From Actinomycetota bacterium (GTDB taxonomy: Bacteria > Actinomycetota > Acidimicrobiia > Acidimicrobiales > VFJN01), in assembly GCA_049325515.1 (NCBI GenBank), contig JBMOLI010000010.1:49602-113601 (forward strand): DNA of 64,000 nucleotides, in the 5' to 3' direction. How positions within the stretch are numbered: position 1 is the first letter of the stretch; each line of letters starts with the position of its first letter. Below the pieces are notes generated by a model. The model was not told the DNA's origin and did no database searches. It worked only from the letters and a program-made list of their open reading frames with translations. The position numbers and the translations under genes are program-made. Of the stretch, positions 51,564-60,808 are shown one piece after another.

Positions 51564-51920
51564 ATGGCTGATCTGACCCTCTGGCACAACCAGCGCTGCT
51601 CGAAGAGCCGAGGCGCAAAGGAGATCCTCTCGGAGGCAGGCGTCGCCTTCGACGAGAAGCGCTACCTCGAGTCGCCGCCGACGGCCGAGGAGCTCGGCGC
51701 CGTGCTCGACTCCCTCGGCATGCAGCCCTGGGAGCTGGCTCGGATGGGTGAGGAGGTCGCCAAGGAGCTGGCACTGAAGGACCTGCCCCGCGATCGCGAC
51801 AAGTGGATCGAGGTCATGGTCGCGCACCCGATCCTGATCGAACGCCCGATCCTCGTCACCGCCGACGGGCGCGCTGTCGTAGGGCGCCCACCGGAGGCGG
51901 TGCTGGGTCTGCTCGCGTAA
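51564..51920 (+). CDS. ArsC/Spx-family (arsenate reductase-like) protein
   Basis: 118 aa. LWHNQRCSKSRGA gives the N-terminal Cys context, with a thioredoxin-like fold length. Confidence 0.7.
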   Translation: MADLTLWHNQRCSKSRGAKEILSEAGVAFDEKRYLESPPTAEELGAVLDSLGMQPWELARMGEEVAKELALKDLPRDRDKWIEVMVAHPILIERPILVTADGRAVVGRPPEAVLGLLA

Positions 51921-51933
51921 GTCGCGTCAGCGG

Positions 51934-52920
51934 TCAGAAGTAGATCGTGGCCTTGGCCCGCGCCTCGACCGCGTCGAGATCGTCGGTCCAGACGCCAGCG
52001 GACAGGTACTTCCAGCCGCCATCGCAGACGATCATCACGATGGTGCCCTCGGCGATGAGGCCCGCAGCCTTGACGGCGCCGGCGAGGATCGCACCGGAGG
52101 AGATCCCAGCGAACACGCCCACCTCGGTGAGCCGGCGGCACCACTCGATCGACTCTCGGGGCCGCACGATGAGACGGCGCGAGAGGATCTCGTAGCCGTC
52201 GTTGTCGGTGAACACGGGCGGGATGAAGCCCTCGTCGATGTTCTTGAGCCCGTCGACCATCTCGCCGGCGGGCGGCTCGATCGCCCAGATCTGTACGTCC
52301 GGGTTGCGCTCCTTGAGGAAGCGACCCACGCCCATCAGGGTGCCGGCGGTGCCCAGCCCGGCGACGAAGTGGGTGATCTCCGGCACGTCCTGCCAGATCT
52401 CGGGGCCCGTGCCCTCGTAGTGGGCCTTCGGGTTGGCCGGGTTGCCGTACTGGAACGGGAACCACCAGTCGGGATGCTCTGCGGCCATCGCCTGGGCGCG
52501 CCGCATGGCGCCGTTGGAGCCTTCCTCGCCCGGACTGTCGAGGATCTCGGCGCCCCATGACTCGAGCAGCTGGCGCCGCTCGACCGAGACGTTGGTGGGT
52601 AGGACGACCTTCAGGTGGTAGCCCCGCGTCTTCGAGATCATCGCCAGCGCGATGCCCGTGTTGCCCGAAGACGACTCGAGGATCACCTGACCCGAGCCAG
52701 GGACGAGGATCCCGTCCTTCTCGGCGTCGATGATCATCTGCTTGGCAGCCCGATCCTTGACGGATCCGCCCGGGTTCTGACCCTCGAGCTTGGCGAGGAT
52801 CCGGACCGCTGGGTTGGGGCTCAGCTGCGAGATGTCGACGATCGGAGTGTTTCCGATGAGGTCGAGCGCAGATTCGTACACGGCCACGGGGGCTCCGATG
52901 CGGAAAGTCGACTGGTTCAC
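51934..52920 (-). CDS. cysM: cysteine synthase (CysM/CysK family); start uncertain
   Basis: LIGNTPIV and the PLP-lysine motif NPGGSVKDRAA, plus SSGNTG. The alternative GTG at 52992 would overlap the stop of the upstream JAMM gene. Confidence 0.85.
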   Translation of the reverse strand: MNQSTFRIGAPVAVYESALDLIGNTPIVDISQLSPNPAVRILAKLEGQNPGGSVKDRAAKQMIIDAEKDGILVPGSGQVILESSSGNTGIALAMISKTRGYHLKVVLPTNVSVERRQLLESWGAEILDSPGEEGSNGAMRRAQAMAAEHPDWWFPFQYGNPANPKAHYEGTGPEIWQDVPEITHFVAGLGTAGTLMGVGRFLKERNPDVQIWAIEPPAGEMVDGLKNIDEGFIPPVFTDNDGYEILSRRLIVRPRESIEWCRRLTEVGVFAGISSGAILAGAVKAAGLIAEGTIVMIVCDGGWKYLSAGVWTDDLDAVEARAKATIYF

Positions 52921-52991
52921 TCGGGATTCTACGTGACCAGCGTGCCGAAGCCACCCCCCTGACCGACGCCACCCCTCGAGGCGACCGATCA

Positions 52992-53399
52992 CTAGCCGCC
53001 GACCAGCGCTACGACCTCTTCGACGATCGATTCATCGACGATCCGGTACGAGCGCAGCGTCGGCGCCTCCGCCCTCAGCGAGACGATGACGTAGTGCCAG
53101 CCAGGGTCTGGCGCCTGCTCCACGTCAGTCGGGGACGGGTACGCCTCCGTGTGGGTGTGGGAGTGCATCACGCCGATGATCTCGAGTCCGCGGCTCTCGG
53201 CGTCGCGATCGGCGCGGAGGTGATCCTTCGGGTCGACTGTGTAGAGCTTGCTCGACGCGGCCGCATTGCGGCAGGCGTAGAACTCCGTGCATCGCTGCGT
53301 GCCTGCCGGGCCCGCCAGGAGACCGCACGCCTCGTCGGGGAGACCGTCATACGCATGACCGATCATCTGGGCCCAGGTGCGGCTGGTGAGCTGGAGCAC
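52992..53399 (-). CDS. mec: JAMM/MPN+ metallopeptidase (Mec-like)
   Basis: DEACGLL and HSHTHTEAYPSPTD (the HxHx7Sx2D JAMM motif). C-terminal LRSYRIVD as in mycobacterial Mec. Confidence 0.8.
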   Translation of the reverse strand: MLQLTSRTWAQMIGHAYDGLPDEACGLLAGPAGTQRCTEFYACRNAAASSKLYTVDPKDHLRADRDAESRGLEIIGVMHSHTHTEAYPSPTDVEQAPDPGWHYVIVSLRAEAPTLRSYRIVDESIVEEVVALVGG

Positions 53400-53454
53400 G
53401 GCGGAAGGGTACCGGCCTGCCAGCGAGGGTCGGACCGGTAGCCTGAGCGACCCC

Positions 53455-53928
53455 ATGAGGCCGACCGGGATCAAACCGATCGCGAGCAACAGGCAGGCTC
53501 GCCGCAACTACGAGATCCTCGAGACGATCGAGGCCGGCATCGTGCTGCGCGGAAGCGAGGTGAAGTCACTGCGTGAAGCGAAGGTGCAGATCGCCGATGC
53601 CTTCGCCCGCATTGACGGCAACGAGGTCTGGCTGCACCAGCTCCACATCGCGCCGTGGCTCTACTCGCAGTCCCACACGGGCCACGACCCCGACCAGAAG
53701 CGCAAGCTCCTCCTCCACCACCACGAGATCATGCGGCTCAAGGCACGCGTCGAGCCGGAGCACCTCTCGTTGATACCGCTGTCCATCTACTTCAAGGAGG
53801 GCAGGGCGAAGGTGGAGCTCGGCCTGGCCAAGGGCAGGCGCACGCACGACAAGCGCCAGGTGATCGCCGAGCGCGACGCCGCGCTCGATGTGCGCCGCGA
53901 GCTGGCGCATCGCGACCGCGACCGCTGA
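53455..53928 (+). CDS. smpB: SsrA-binding protein SmpB
   Basis: IASNRQARRNYEILETIEAGIVLRGSEVKSLR and DPDQKRKLLLHHHEI. Basic C-terminal tail. Confidence 0.95.
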   Translation: MRPTGIKPIASNRQARRNYEILETIEAGIVLRGSEVKSLREAKVQIADAFARIDGNEVWLHQLHIAPWLYSQSHTGHDPDQKRKLLLHHHEIMRLKARVEPEHLSLIPLSIYFKEGRAKVELGLAKGRRTHDKRQVIAERDAALDVRRELAHRDRDR

Positions 53929-53959
53929 CCCGATCGAGGTCGGCAGGCGCACGGACCGT

Positions 53960-55981
53960 TCAGCGGATGAGGCTTATCGCCCCCGGGATCCTGGTCGGGA
54001 CGGCGTCGTCCTTGCTGGGGCGCAGGAACAGCGAACCCTGGCCGGAGATGTCCAGTCGCCGAGCGATGAACTGCGCGTTGAGAGGTTGACTCTGCGTGGC
54101 TTGCCCCGTGAACGTCACCGACGAGTTGGGCAGGAAGAACACCCCCTCGGTGCGGTTCAGTCCCTGCCCCTTGATTGCCGACGGATCGCTCGCCTCCGCC
54201 CAGAGAGCGAGATCCTCGAACGGATAGGTGGCGAAGTCGGTGAGCGTCGGGGGCGTTGCGACCTGGTTCGGCGCGGACCAGTCGATGCTGCCGCTTCCAC
54301 CCGTGATCGCTATGAACCCGTCACCGCCCTCGTTGGATGGACAGGGGCGGATGGCCGTGCACTCGGCGATGGCTGGATAGCTGGGGGATCCGACGCCCGT
54401 CGACTCGACGGACTGCCGCGAGTACGGCGAGATGTCCTTGCCCAGGTAGAGCGCTGTCTGGCAGAGCCGGACCTGTCCCGTCGCCCTGAACGGTCCGTCG
54501 AACGTGGCCATGCGCACCCAGTTCGTGTACGCACCGGGCGGTTCGGCACCCGGCCCGGGCCGCGAAGCGCAAGCCAGGTCGGCTCCGGTGCCCGTAGCAA
54601 GCGTGTTGACGCGGAGCTCGCCGGCGACCTCCACGGAGTAGTTGCCGCCACCAGTGCATCCCGGGCAGCCCCGCACGTAGACGCGCTGGGCGGCGGGTAG
54701 AGACATGAACTTGTTGTTGGCAACGCTGATCTTGCCCGTGAACACCAGGTCTGTCGCGGCGGGGAACACGGCCGTGTCGGGCGCGAAGTCCGGGCACTGA
54801 ACGAAGATGTGCGTTGCCGCGGCATACGCAGGGTTGGTCGTCGTGTCGAGGCCATTGCATGCGGCGCCGGTGATGCTCGCCCAGCCGACGGGAGCGGCAG
54901 AGAGGGTGACGAGCAACCGCCCCTGGTTGTGAAGCGTCGAGATCTGCGCGTGCCCCCCCGCTCCCGACGGGCGGTTGTAGCGGTTGTCCGCGACCTGGCG
55001 AGAGTTGATGCCCGACCCGACGGGTGCGGGGTACAGCCCCGTCGGCACCACCGCGCCGCCCCGGCCGCCGACCTCGATCGCGCGTATGGCGACTATTCCT
55101 TCGATCCCGTTGTCCGCAGGCTCGACCTGGATGCTGGGCCCACCGCCGCCAGCGGTCGGGAGCGCAGTGCCGTAGATCACGTAGCCGTCGGCGTTCTCGT
55201 TGGTGGTGCAGAGTCCGGAACCGATCTGCCCAGCGCTGTCGGTCTGGATGACGCCGGGGTTCGTAGCGCTCGACGCTTGCACCACGACGCCGGAGCCGGT
55301 GGTGCCGCCACCCGACGTCTGGAGCACGCCGCATCCCATGCGCTCGAGCAGGAGCAACGCCGCGACTCCGTCCACGAGCGCGCTGCTGTTCGCTCGCACG
55401 ACGGTGTTGGCGCTCACCCTGTGGGCTTGGAGCCCGAAGATCCCCGCGAAGAACGTCGAATCCTCCCGCTCGAGAGCGACGCGCATGCGCTCGCACTGGT
55501 TGCTCCCGTCCTCGAGCCCGACTCCGTGCCGGAACCGCGGCTCCGTGATCTGGCTCGCTGGGACGGGATAGGTGATGGTGAGGACGTAGGGCCCACGCGC
55601 GATCACGACAGGCGCGGGGCCGGGAGAGCAACCGCCAAAGGTCGTCGTGGGGAAGGCTGCGCACGCGGTCTCGCGCTGAAGGGACGTGAGAGCAGGCGTG
55701 AAGCCCTCGGTGTTGATCTGCACTGCATCGATCGCGCCGATGCATGCTGCCCGCGGGCTGGGGTTGACCGGGTTCGTTCCACGACCAGACAGGTGGTATC
55801 CCGCAGCGAGTGCAGCCAGGTCGGTGACCGATTGGTTTGCACGCCGGCTGCTGCGGAGCTGGCCGAGGTCGACGACGATGGCCACCATCCCGAAGATGAG
55901 CACCATGCCCATCGCCAGCATGACGAGAACTGCCCCTCGGTCGCGCTCGTGCGCCGAGTCGGTGCGCCCGTTGTGCGTCAA
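53960..55981 (-). CDS. TadG-like (Tad_N domain) large pilus-associated protein
   Basis: The TTG start overlaps the upstream stop (TTGA). ERDRGAVLVMLAMGMVLIFGMVAIVVDLGQLRSSRRANQSVTDLAALAAG matches the Tad_N pattern. Gly/Thr/Cys-rich body of ~600 aa with no DxSxS vWA motif seen. Confidence 0.7.
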   Translation of the reverse strand: MTHNGRTDSAHERDRGAVLVMLAMGMVLIFGMVAIVVDLGQLRSSRRANQSVTDLAALAAGYHLSGRGTNPVNPSPRAACIGAIDAVQINTEGFTPALTSLQRETACAAFPTTTFGGCSPGPAPVVIARGPYVLTITYPVPASQITEPRFRHGVGLEDGSNQCERMRVALEREDSTFFAGIFGLQAHRVSANTVVRANSSALVDGVAALLLLERMGCGVLQTSGGGTTGSGVVVQASSATNPGVIQTDSAGQIGSGLCTTNENADGYVIYGTALPTAGGGGPSIQVEPADNGIEGIVAIRAIEVGGRGGAVVPTGLYPAPVGSGINSRQVADNRYNRPSGAGGHAQISTLHNQGRLLVTLSAAPVGWASITGAACNGLDTTTNPAYAAATHIFVQCPDFAPDTAVFPAATDLVFTGKISVANNKFMSLPAAQRVYVRGCPGCTGGGNYSVEVAGELRVNTLATGTGADLACASRPGPGAEPPGAYTNWVRMATFDGPFRATGQVRLCQTALYLGKDISPYSRQSVESTGVGSPSYPAIAECTAIRPCPSNEGGDGFIAITGGSGSIDWSAPNQVATPPTLTDFATYPFEDLALWAEASDPSAIKGQGLNRTEGVFFLPNSSVTFTGQATQSQPLNAQFIARRLDISGQGSLFLRPSKDDAVPTRIPGAISLIR

Positions 55982-56496
55982 CCGCCTGACTCCGACTTGG
56001 CCGTCGCCTTCGACGACATCGTGAACGTCATGTCCGGGAATATGACGAGCTCGATCGACCCGGGCCTGGACACGGTCACCTGAGCGCGCAGACCGGTGTC
56101 GGTGCCACCGAACTCCGGATAGGTCTGTCCGGAGATGCACGGGGTCGAGGCCCCCGCCGTGGAGTAGTTGCCTGAGCTCGCGTAGACGGTGCCCGGGCTC
56201 CCCTCGACAAGGGACACGCACACCTGGGCGCTCACGAGGTCGCCGTTGGACCGCTCGACCACGAGGTCGCGCACGTTGTTGGCCCACGTGTCGCCGTTCG
56301 CGAACACCTGACTGGGCGCAACCGTGGCTGCGAAGCGCGCCCCCTCACGGGCCGCGTGGGTGATCTGGAGCTTCTGGTTGTAAGCGGTTCCAGCGGTGAC
56401 CATCCCCACGATCAACATGACGAGCAGGGGGAAGATGAGCGCGAACTCGATGAGAGTCGCACCCCGGTCCGCGTCACGAGCCGTGGATCCCTGCAT
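55978..56496 (-). CDS. TadE-like pseudopilin
   Basis: RG/ATLIEFALIFPLLVMLIVGMVTAGTAY...HAAREGARFAA is the TadE pattern. ATG at 56496 preferred over the GTG at 56547. Confidence 0.78.
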   Translation of the reverse strand: MQGSTARDADRGATLIEFALIFPLLVMLIVGMVTAGTAYNQKLQITHAAREGARFAATVAPSQVFANGDTWANNVRDLVVERSNGDLVSAQVCVSLVEGSPGTVYASSGNYSTAGASTPCISGQTYPEFGGTDTGLRAQVTVSRPGSIELVIFPDMTFTMSSKATAKSESGG

Positions 56497-56645
56497 CGTC
56501 ACCTGGAAACCGCCCTTCCCAGAACGGTGAACGCTCAGAGCGGTCACCAGGGTACGACAAGTTGCGGATTTCGTCCCAGAAAACCTGAACCGGCATGTAG
56601 CCTTGATGCGTCCCGAGCGATCGGGCGCTACTTGACACCCTTCAC

Positions 56646-57033
56646 GGGGCTGATCGGTTTCGACGTTGAGACTGCTCGGCGATTCGTGCGACCGGAGTTG
56701 CTCAGACTCCTAAAACGGGGCAAACCAACAACTGCCAACGAGCAGTACGCCCTCGCTGCCTAGTTCCGACTAGGTGGTGGAGAGCACCAGTGACCGGTGA
56801 CGGCACACGGGGCCAGGTCACCGCAGCCCGGCAACAGAAGCGGTGGCGGACGGTAGGGAGAGACCACTGACGGCGGGAAAGACCGCTGGCTTCGAGGAAA
56901 GACTCGGCGGCGAGCACCCCCGCGTGCTCCTCCGACCCGGCGGTGCGCCAGCCGAAGTGGCGTGATCTCGGGAATGGTCGTATCGCGAACGTCGACCGCT
57001 TGGCGGACGAGGGTTCGATTCCCTCCAGCTCCA
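56646..57033 (+). ncRNA. ssrA: tmRNA (SsrA)
   Basis: 5' GGGGCTGATCGGTTTCGACG pairs with 3' ...GAGGGTTCGATTCCCTCCAGCTCCA, giving a tRNA-Ala-like acceptor and T-arm. The internal tag ORF ends ...AAC GAG CAG TAC GCC CTC GCT GCC TAG (..NEQYALAA stop). Confidence 0.93.
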
Positions 57034-57035
57034 AG

Positions 57036-57064
57036 AGTGCTCAATCCCCTTCGGCTTGAGCACT
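57036..57064 (+). terminator. hairpin terminator after ssrA
   Basis: AGTGCTCAA, an 11-nt loop, then TTGAGCACT, followed by GTTGG. Confidence 0.5.
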
Positions 57065-57180
57065 GTTGGAGCTGCCCGATGCCCGTGTGGGTGAGCTTGC
57101 ACGGCTTGGCGACTCGCGGCATCGGCCGGACAGGGCTAAATCGGCTCCAGATCTGGGGCTGAACGGCCGACAAGACCTTC

Positions 57181-59454
57181 GTGGCGGTGAACCCGACGGT
57201 GCGCCTGCGCGAGGAAGGAGCGACGGCTCCCTCTGGGCCCGCGCCGACGAGCGCCCGGCTGACGCGCTCCCCGCTCCCCTCATTGGCCCAGGCCACCGCC
57301 GCCGTCCGGACCATCCCGCCTGTCGCTGGGGCCTGCTCGGTCGGCGCTGCCCTCGTCGCCTACGTGGCGGGACGAGGAGGGGCTTCGACCGACGCTGTCG
57401 TCGCCGTTGCGGCCATCGCAGTGGGGGCAGCCGCGTTCGCGGCCTTCCACGCGACGGAACGGATGCGCCTGGCCTGGACGGCGATCGCTGCCGGTGTGGC
57501 TCTGTGGGCCGCTGGTCGGGAGGCTCGACCCATCTGGGACGCCCTGAGAGCGGGTGCCTCAGATCCGATCTCGCTGCGCGACATCGCCAGCCTCGGGTCG
57601 ATGGCCCTGCTCGGTGTGGGGGTGCTGCTCCACCTCGACAAGCCCGTGGGACGCGTCACGCAGCTGCGCGCGCTCACCGAGGCTCTCATGATCACCGGCA
57701 GCATCCTGTTCGCCAGCTGGGCGCTCACGCTTCCCGAGGCCTTCGATGCCGCCGACGAGCGGCTCCTCCTCAGCCAGATCCTCCTCTTGGCGTATCCCAT
57801 CGGTGACCTGCTGCTGATCGCAGGCGTGGTCTTCGCCGCCACCCGCCTGCCACCTGATGGCCTTTGGACCATGCCGCTCCTCGCCGGGGTGGGGTCGCTC
57901 ACCCTCTTCTCGGGGCTGCTGAGCCACACCGACCCCGGGAGCGCCGCCGGCATAGCGCTTGTGGACTCGGCGACGGTCGCCGGGCTCCTCGCAGTCGTCC
58001 TGGCTGCCGTCCGCTTCTGGCATCCCTCCGCAGAGGAGCAGGCGATGGTGCCGCGGCACGCGCAGCGTCTGCTGCTGTCTGCTCCTGGCCTGTCGGTCCT
58101 GATCGTCATCGGTACAACTGTGCGGCAGGTCACCGGCCAGCCGGTGGCCGAGGAGCTGACCTGGATAACCATCGGCGTGCTCGCCCTCAGCGTGGTGCTC
58201 CATCTGGCGGTCGTGTTCGAGAACCACACGCTGAGCACCGATCTTGCGGTCGCCCGCGATGACGCGATCCATGCGTCAGTGCTCAAGTCGTACTTCCTGG
58301 CGAACATGAGTCACGAGATCCGCACGCCCATGAACGCCGTGATCGGCCTCACCGGCCTGCTACTCGACACAGACCTCGACGCCGAGCAGCGCGAGCTCGC
58401 CGTGGGAGTCTCGACGTCGGCCGAGGGTCTGCTGGGTCTCATCGACGACATCCTCGACTTCTCCAAGATCGAAGCCGAGCGAATGGAGCTCGAGGAGATC
58501 GACCTCGATCTCGAGGACCTCATCGACGAGGTGGCCGTCATCGTGGGCGACGGCGCCCGCCGCAAGGGCATCGAGCTGTTCGCGTACTGCGAGCCCGGAC
58601 TCAAGACGGTTCGGCGCGGCGACCCGGTGCGTCTGCGCCAGATCCTGCTCAACCTGGCGGCCAACGCCGTCAAGTTCACCGCAAAGGGGTCGGTCACGAT
58701 CCGCGCACTGGCCGTGCCAGACCAGAGCGATCAGGTCGCCTTCGAGGTGATCGACACCGGCATCGGGATCCCCGCAGGCGAGCAGGCGAGGCTGTTCGAA
58801 CCCTTCTCGCAGCTCGACGAGACGATCACGAGGAAGTTCGGCGGCACGGGTCTGGGGTTGGCGATCGTCACCGACCTCGTCGAGCTCCAGGGCGGCACGA
58901 TCGAGCTCGACAGCGAAGTCGATGTCGGCACCAGCTTCCGCGTCACGCTGCCGCTCCGGGTGGGAACCCAGCGCGAGGTGGAGCGGGCGCTCGACGCGCT
59001 GGTCGGGCTGCGAGCTCTGGTCGTTGACGACAACGCCGTCAACCGGTCGGTTCTTGCGCACACGCTTCACACCTGGGGCTTCGTCGTTGATCAGGCGGCG
59101 ACGGCCGAAGAGGCGCTCGACCAGTACTGCTGGAGCGGCTCGCCCGACGAGGTGTACGCGCTGGCGCTCATCGAGCACCAGATGGACGGCATGGACGGGC
59201 TCACGCTGGCCGAGGTGCTGCGCTCACAGGCACCGACCGCAAGGACGGTGATCCTGCTCCTCACCTCCGTCGTCGAGCTGTCACGTCAGGCCGTGCACGA
59301 CGCCGGCATCCAATCCGTTCTCATCAAGCCCGTCCGCAACACCTACCTGCTGCGGCGGATCATCGACACCCTCGTCAACAACACAGCTCCACGGTCCCTC
59401 GGACCAGGACCATCAGGAAAGGATGCGACCCATGCATCGAGTGCTGCTCGCTGA
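57181..59454 (+). CDS. hybrid sensor histidine kinase / response regulator
   Basis: Multi-TM N-terminus. H-box [15 protein letters not shown]. HATPase_c ([25 protein letters not shown]). C-terminal receiver ([10 protein letters not shown]...[10 protein letters not shown]). The GTG start is uncertain. Confidence 0.85.
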   Translation: MAVNPTVRLREEGATAPSGPAPTSARLTRSPLPSLAQATAAVRTIPPVAGACSVGAALVAYVAGRGGASTDAVVAVAAIAVGAAAFAAFHATERMRLAWTAIAAGVALWAAGREARPIWDALRAGASDPISLRDIASLGSMALLGVGVLLHLDKPVGRVTQLRALTEALMITGSILFASWALTLPEAFDAADERLLLSQILLLAYPIGDLLLIAGVVFAATRLPPDGLWTMPLLAGVGSLTLFSGLLSHTDPGSAAGIALVDSATVAGLLAVVLAAVRFWHPSAEEQAMVPRHAQRLLLSAPGLSVLIVIGTTVRQVTGQPVAEELTWITIGVLALSVVLHLAVVFENHTLSTDLAVARDDAIHASVLKSYFLANMSHEIRTPMNAVIGLTGLLLDTDLDAEQRELAVGVSTSAEGLLGLIDDILDFSKIEAERMELEEIDLDLEDLIDEVAVIVGDGARRKGIELFAYCEPGLKTVRRGDPVRLRQILLNLAANAVKFTAKGSVTIRALAVPDQSDQVAFEVIDTGIGIPAGEQARLFEPFSQLDETITRKFGGTGLGLAIVTDLVELQGGTIELDSEVDVGTSFRVTLPLRVGTQREVERALDALVGLRALVVDDNAVNRSVLAHTLHTWGFVVDQAATAEEALDQYCWSGSPDEVYALALIEHQMDGMDGLTLAEVLRSQAPTARTVILLLTSVVELSRQAVHDAGIQSVLIKPVRNTYLLRRIIDTLVNNTAPRSLGPGPSGKDATHASSAAR

Positions 59455-59821
59455 GGACAACAAGCTCAACCAGATAGTGGCGGCCGGCACGCTTCAGAAG
59501 CTCGGCTACGACGTCGAGATCGTCGACGGCGGGCTGGACGCGGTCGAGGCGTGCCGCAACTCTCAGTTCGACGCCGTCCTGATGGACATCATGATGCCGG
59601 ACATGGACGGCTACCAGGCGACCGCCGAGATCCGCTCGCTCGAGGCGCGCAGGGGTGACGTGCCCACGCCGGTCATCGGGCTCAGCGCCCGAGCCATGGA
59701 GGGTGACCGTGAGATCGCGCTCGCTGCAGGTCTGAGCGACTACATCACCAAGCCGTTGCGCGAGGACGAGCTGAAGGACGTCCTCGAGCGTTGGATCGGC
59801 GCCCCGGTGGTGATCCGCTAG
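59432..59821 (+). CDS. single-domain response regulator (CheY-like receiver)
   Basis: [24 protein letters not shown] and ITKP. Overlaps the 3' end of the hybrid kinase gene. Confidence 0.85.
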   Translation: MHRVLLAEDNKLNQIVAAGTLQKLGYDVEIVDGGLDAVEACRNSQFDAVLMDIMMPDMDGYQATAEIRSLEARRGDVPTPVIGLSARAMEGDREIALAAGLSDYITKPLREDELKDVLERWIGAPVVIR

Positions 59822-59929
59822 AGGGCAGATCTCGGTCGCATGCGCGGCCAGGCACACCTCTGACCTGGCGCGTGGCTCCCGCGGAGGCACGCCGCCGCTG
59901 GATCCATGGGCTGCGCAGACGACAGAGGA

Positions 59930-60550
59930 TCAGGCGCCGTAGGGAAGCACCAGCGACTGACGGGTGCCGTACCCATGCCGCAGCTCACGGGCTACGACCG
60001 ACCGCGCACGCCAGCGGCGGTGCCAGATCGGATCGAGGTCGGCGGCGATCTGCTCGATCCGGCCCTGATTGGTCTCCCAGAGCGAGCCCAGAGCGTGCAT
60101 CTGCGCCTGCTCGTTGATCGTCAGCTCGTCGTGCGGCTTGGCGCACATCAGCTCGTGCAGGTCGTTCGTGTCGGCCGCGGCGGCGGCCAGCTCCAGATCG
60201 GCTCGGCTCCCCGGCTCAGCCGCGTCACGGGCATGCTCGATCAGCTCGAGCATCGCGGCCGTCCACTGAGCCATGCCCTCGACGTAGGTGACGGCGCCGG
60301 CCTCGGTGGGCGCGGCCAGCTCTTCGGCGGCGGGCCTCGCTCGCTCCACGAGCACGTCGGCGCGGGTCGCGCGGTGTGACCTGGCGGCCACCAGGCCGGC
60401 GGCGGACACCGTGCCGCAGAGGCCGAGTAGGAGCACGAGCTGCTCCGCCGTCGCTAGGTGCTGGCCCCGGAGGGCCGTTGCGACGTTCACGAAGCCGAGC
60501 ACGAGTGACGCACTGATCCAAGGCAGCACCGACTCGCCGATGAAGGGCAT
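59930..60550 (-). CDS. hypothetical membrane protein (two predicted TM segments plus a helical domain); start uncertain
   Basis: Hydrophobic segments VLPWISASLVLGFVNVATAL and LVLLLGLCGTVSAAGLVAA. No recognisable family. Divergent from the tad core operon. Confidence 0.4.
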   Translation of the reverse strand: MPFIGESVLPWISASLVLGFVNVATALRGQHLATAEQLVLLLGLCGTVSAAGLVAARSHRATRADVLVERARPAAEELAAPTEAGAVTYVEGMAQWTAAMLELIEHARDAAEPGSRADLELAAAAADTNDLHELMCAKPHDELTINEQAQMHALGSLWETNQGRIEQIAADLDPIWHRRWRARSVVARELRHGYGTRQSLVLPYGA

Positions 60551-60808
60551 GGCCGCGTCCCCCTCGTCACCTGCATGCGAGTGAGGGTTGCGCGCGCTTG
60601 TCAGGAGCCCCATGGCCGATCCATCGGCTGATTCGTCCCTGACCTGAACTCGCACATGCCCTATGGCCCATGCGTTGGGGAGGAGTGGCCTTGATTCCGG
60701 AGATGGCGGCCAATTCGGCTCAAGTTGCCGTGCGGCGGCTCCGACGTAGAGAGGGTGACGGTACGCCAGCACTCCGCGTCAAAGAACAGGCATGAGGAGG
60801 GCGAGGCG

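Noticed and set aside
52921-52992. cysM starting at GTG 52992, a 1-nt overlap with the mec stop.
   Set aside because: The added 24 residues (IGRLEGWRRSGGWLRHAGH..) look non-protein-like, and known CysM N-termini begin close to the LIGNTP motif. It is kept as an alternative only.
52992-53060. The JAMM protein ends in Gly-Gly (..VALVGG), which could suggest a fused CysO/ThiS-like carrier.
   Set aside because: The protein is the normal length for a Mec-type JAMM enzyme. Its C-terminus aligns by eye with the mycobacterial Mec tail (LRSYRIVD...), so there is no room for a beta-grasp domain.
56632-56637. A perfect TTGACA just upstream of ssrA as a -35 element.
   Set aside because: It lies only 8 nt before the mature tmRNA 5' end. 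A promoter using it would start transcription inside the tmRNA.
53960-57033. Genomic island integrated at the tmRNA gene.
   Set aside because: The extra genes lie 5' of ssrA rather than at its 3' end. I found no integrase and no duplicated ssrA 3' segment in the window.
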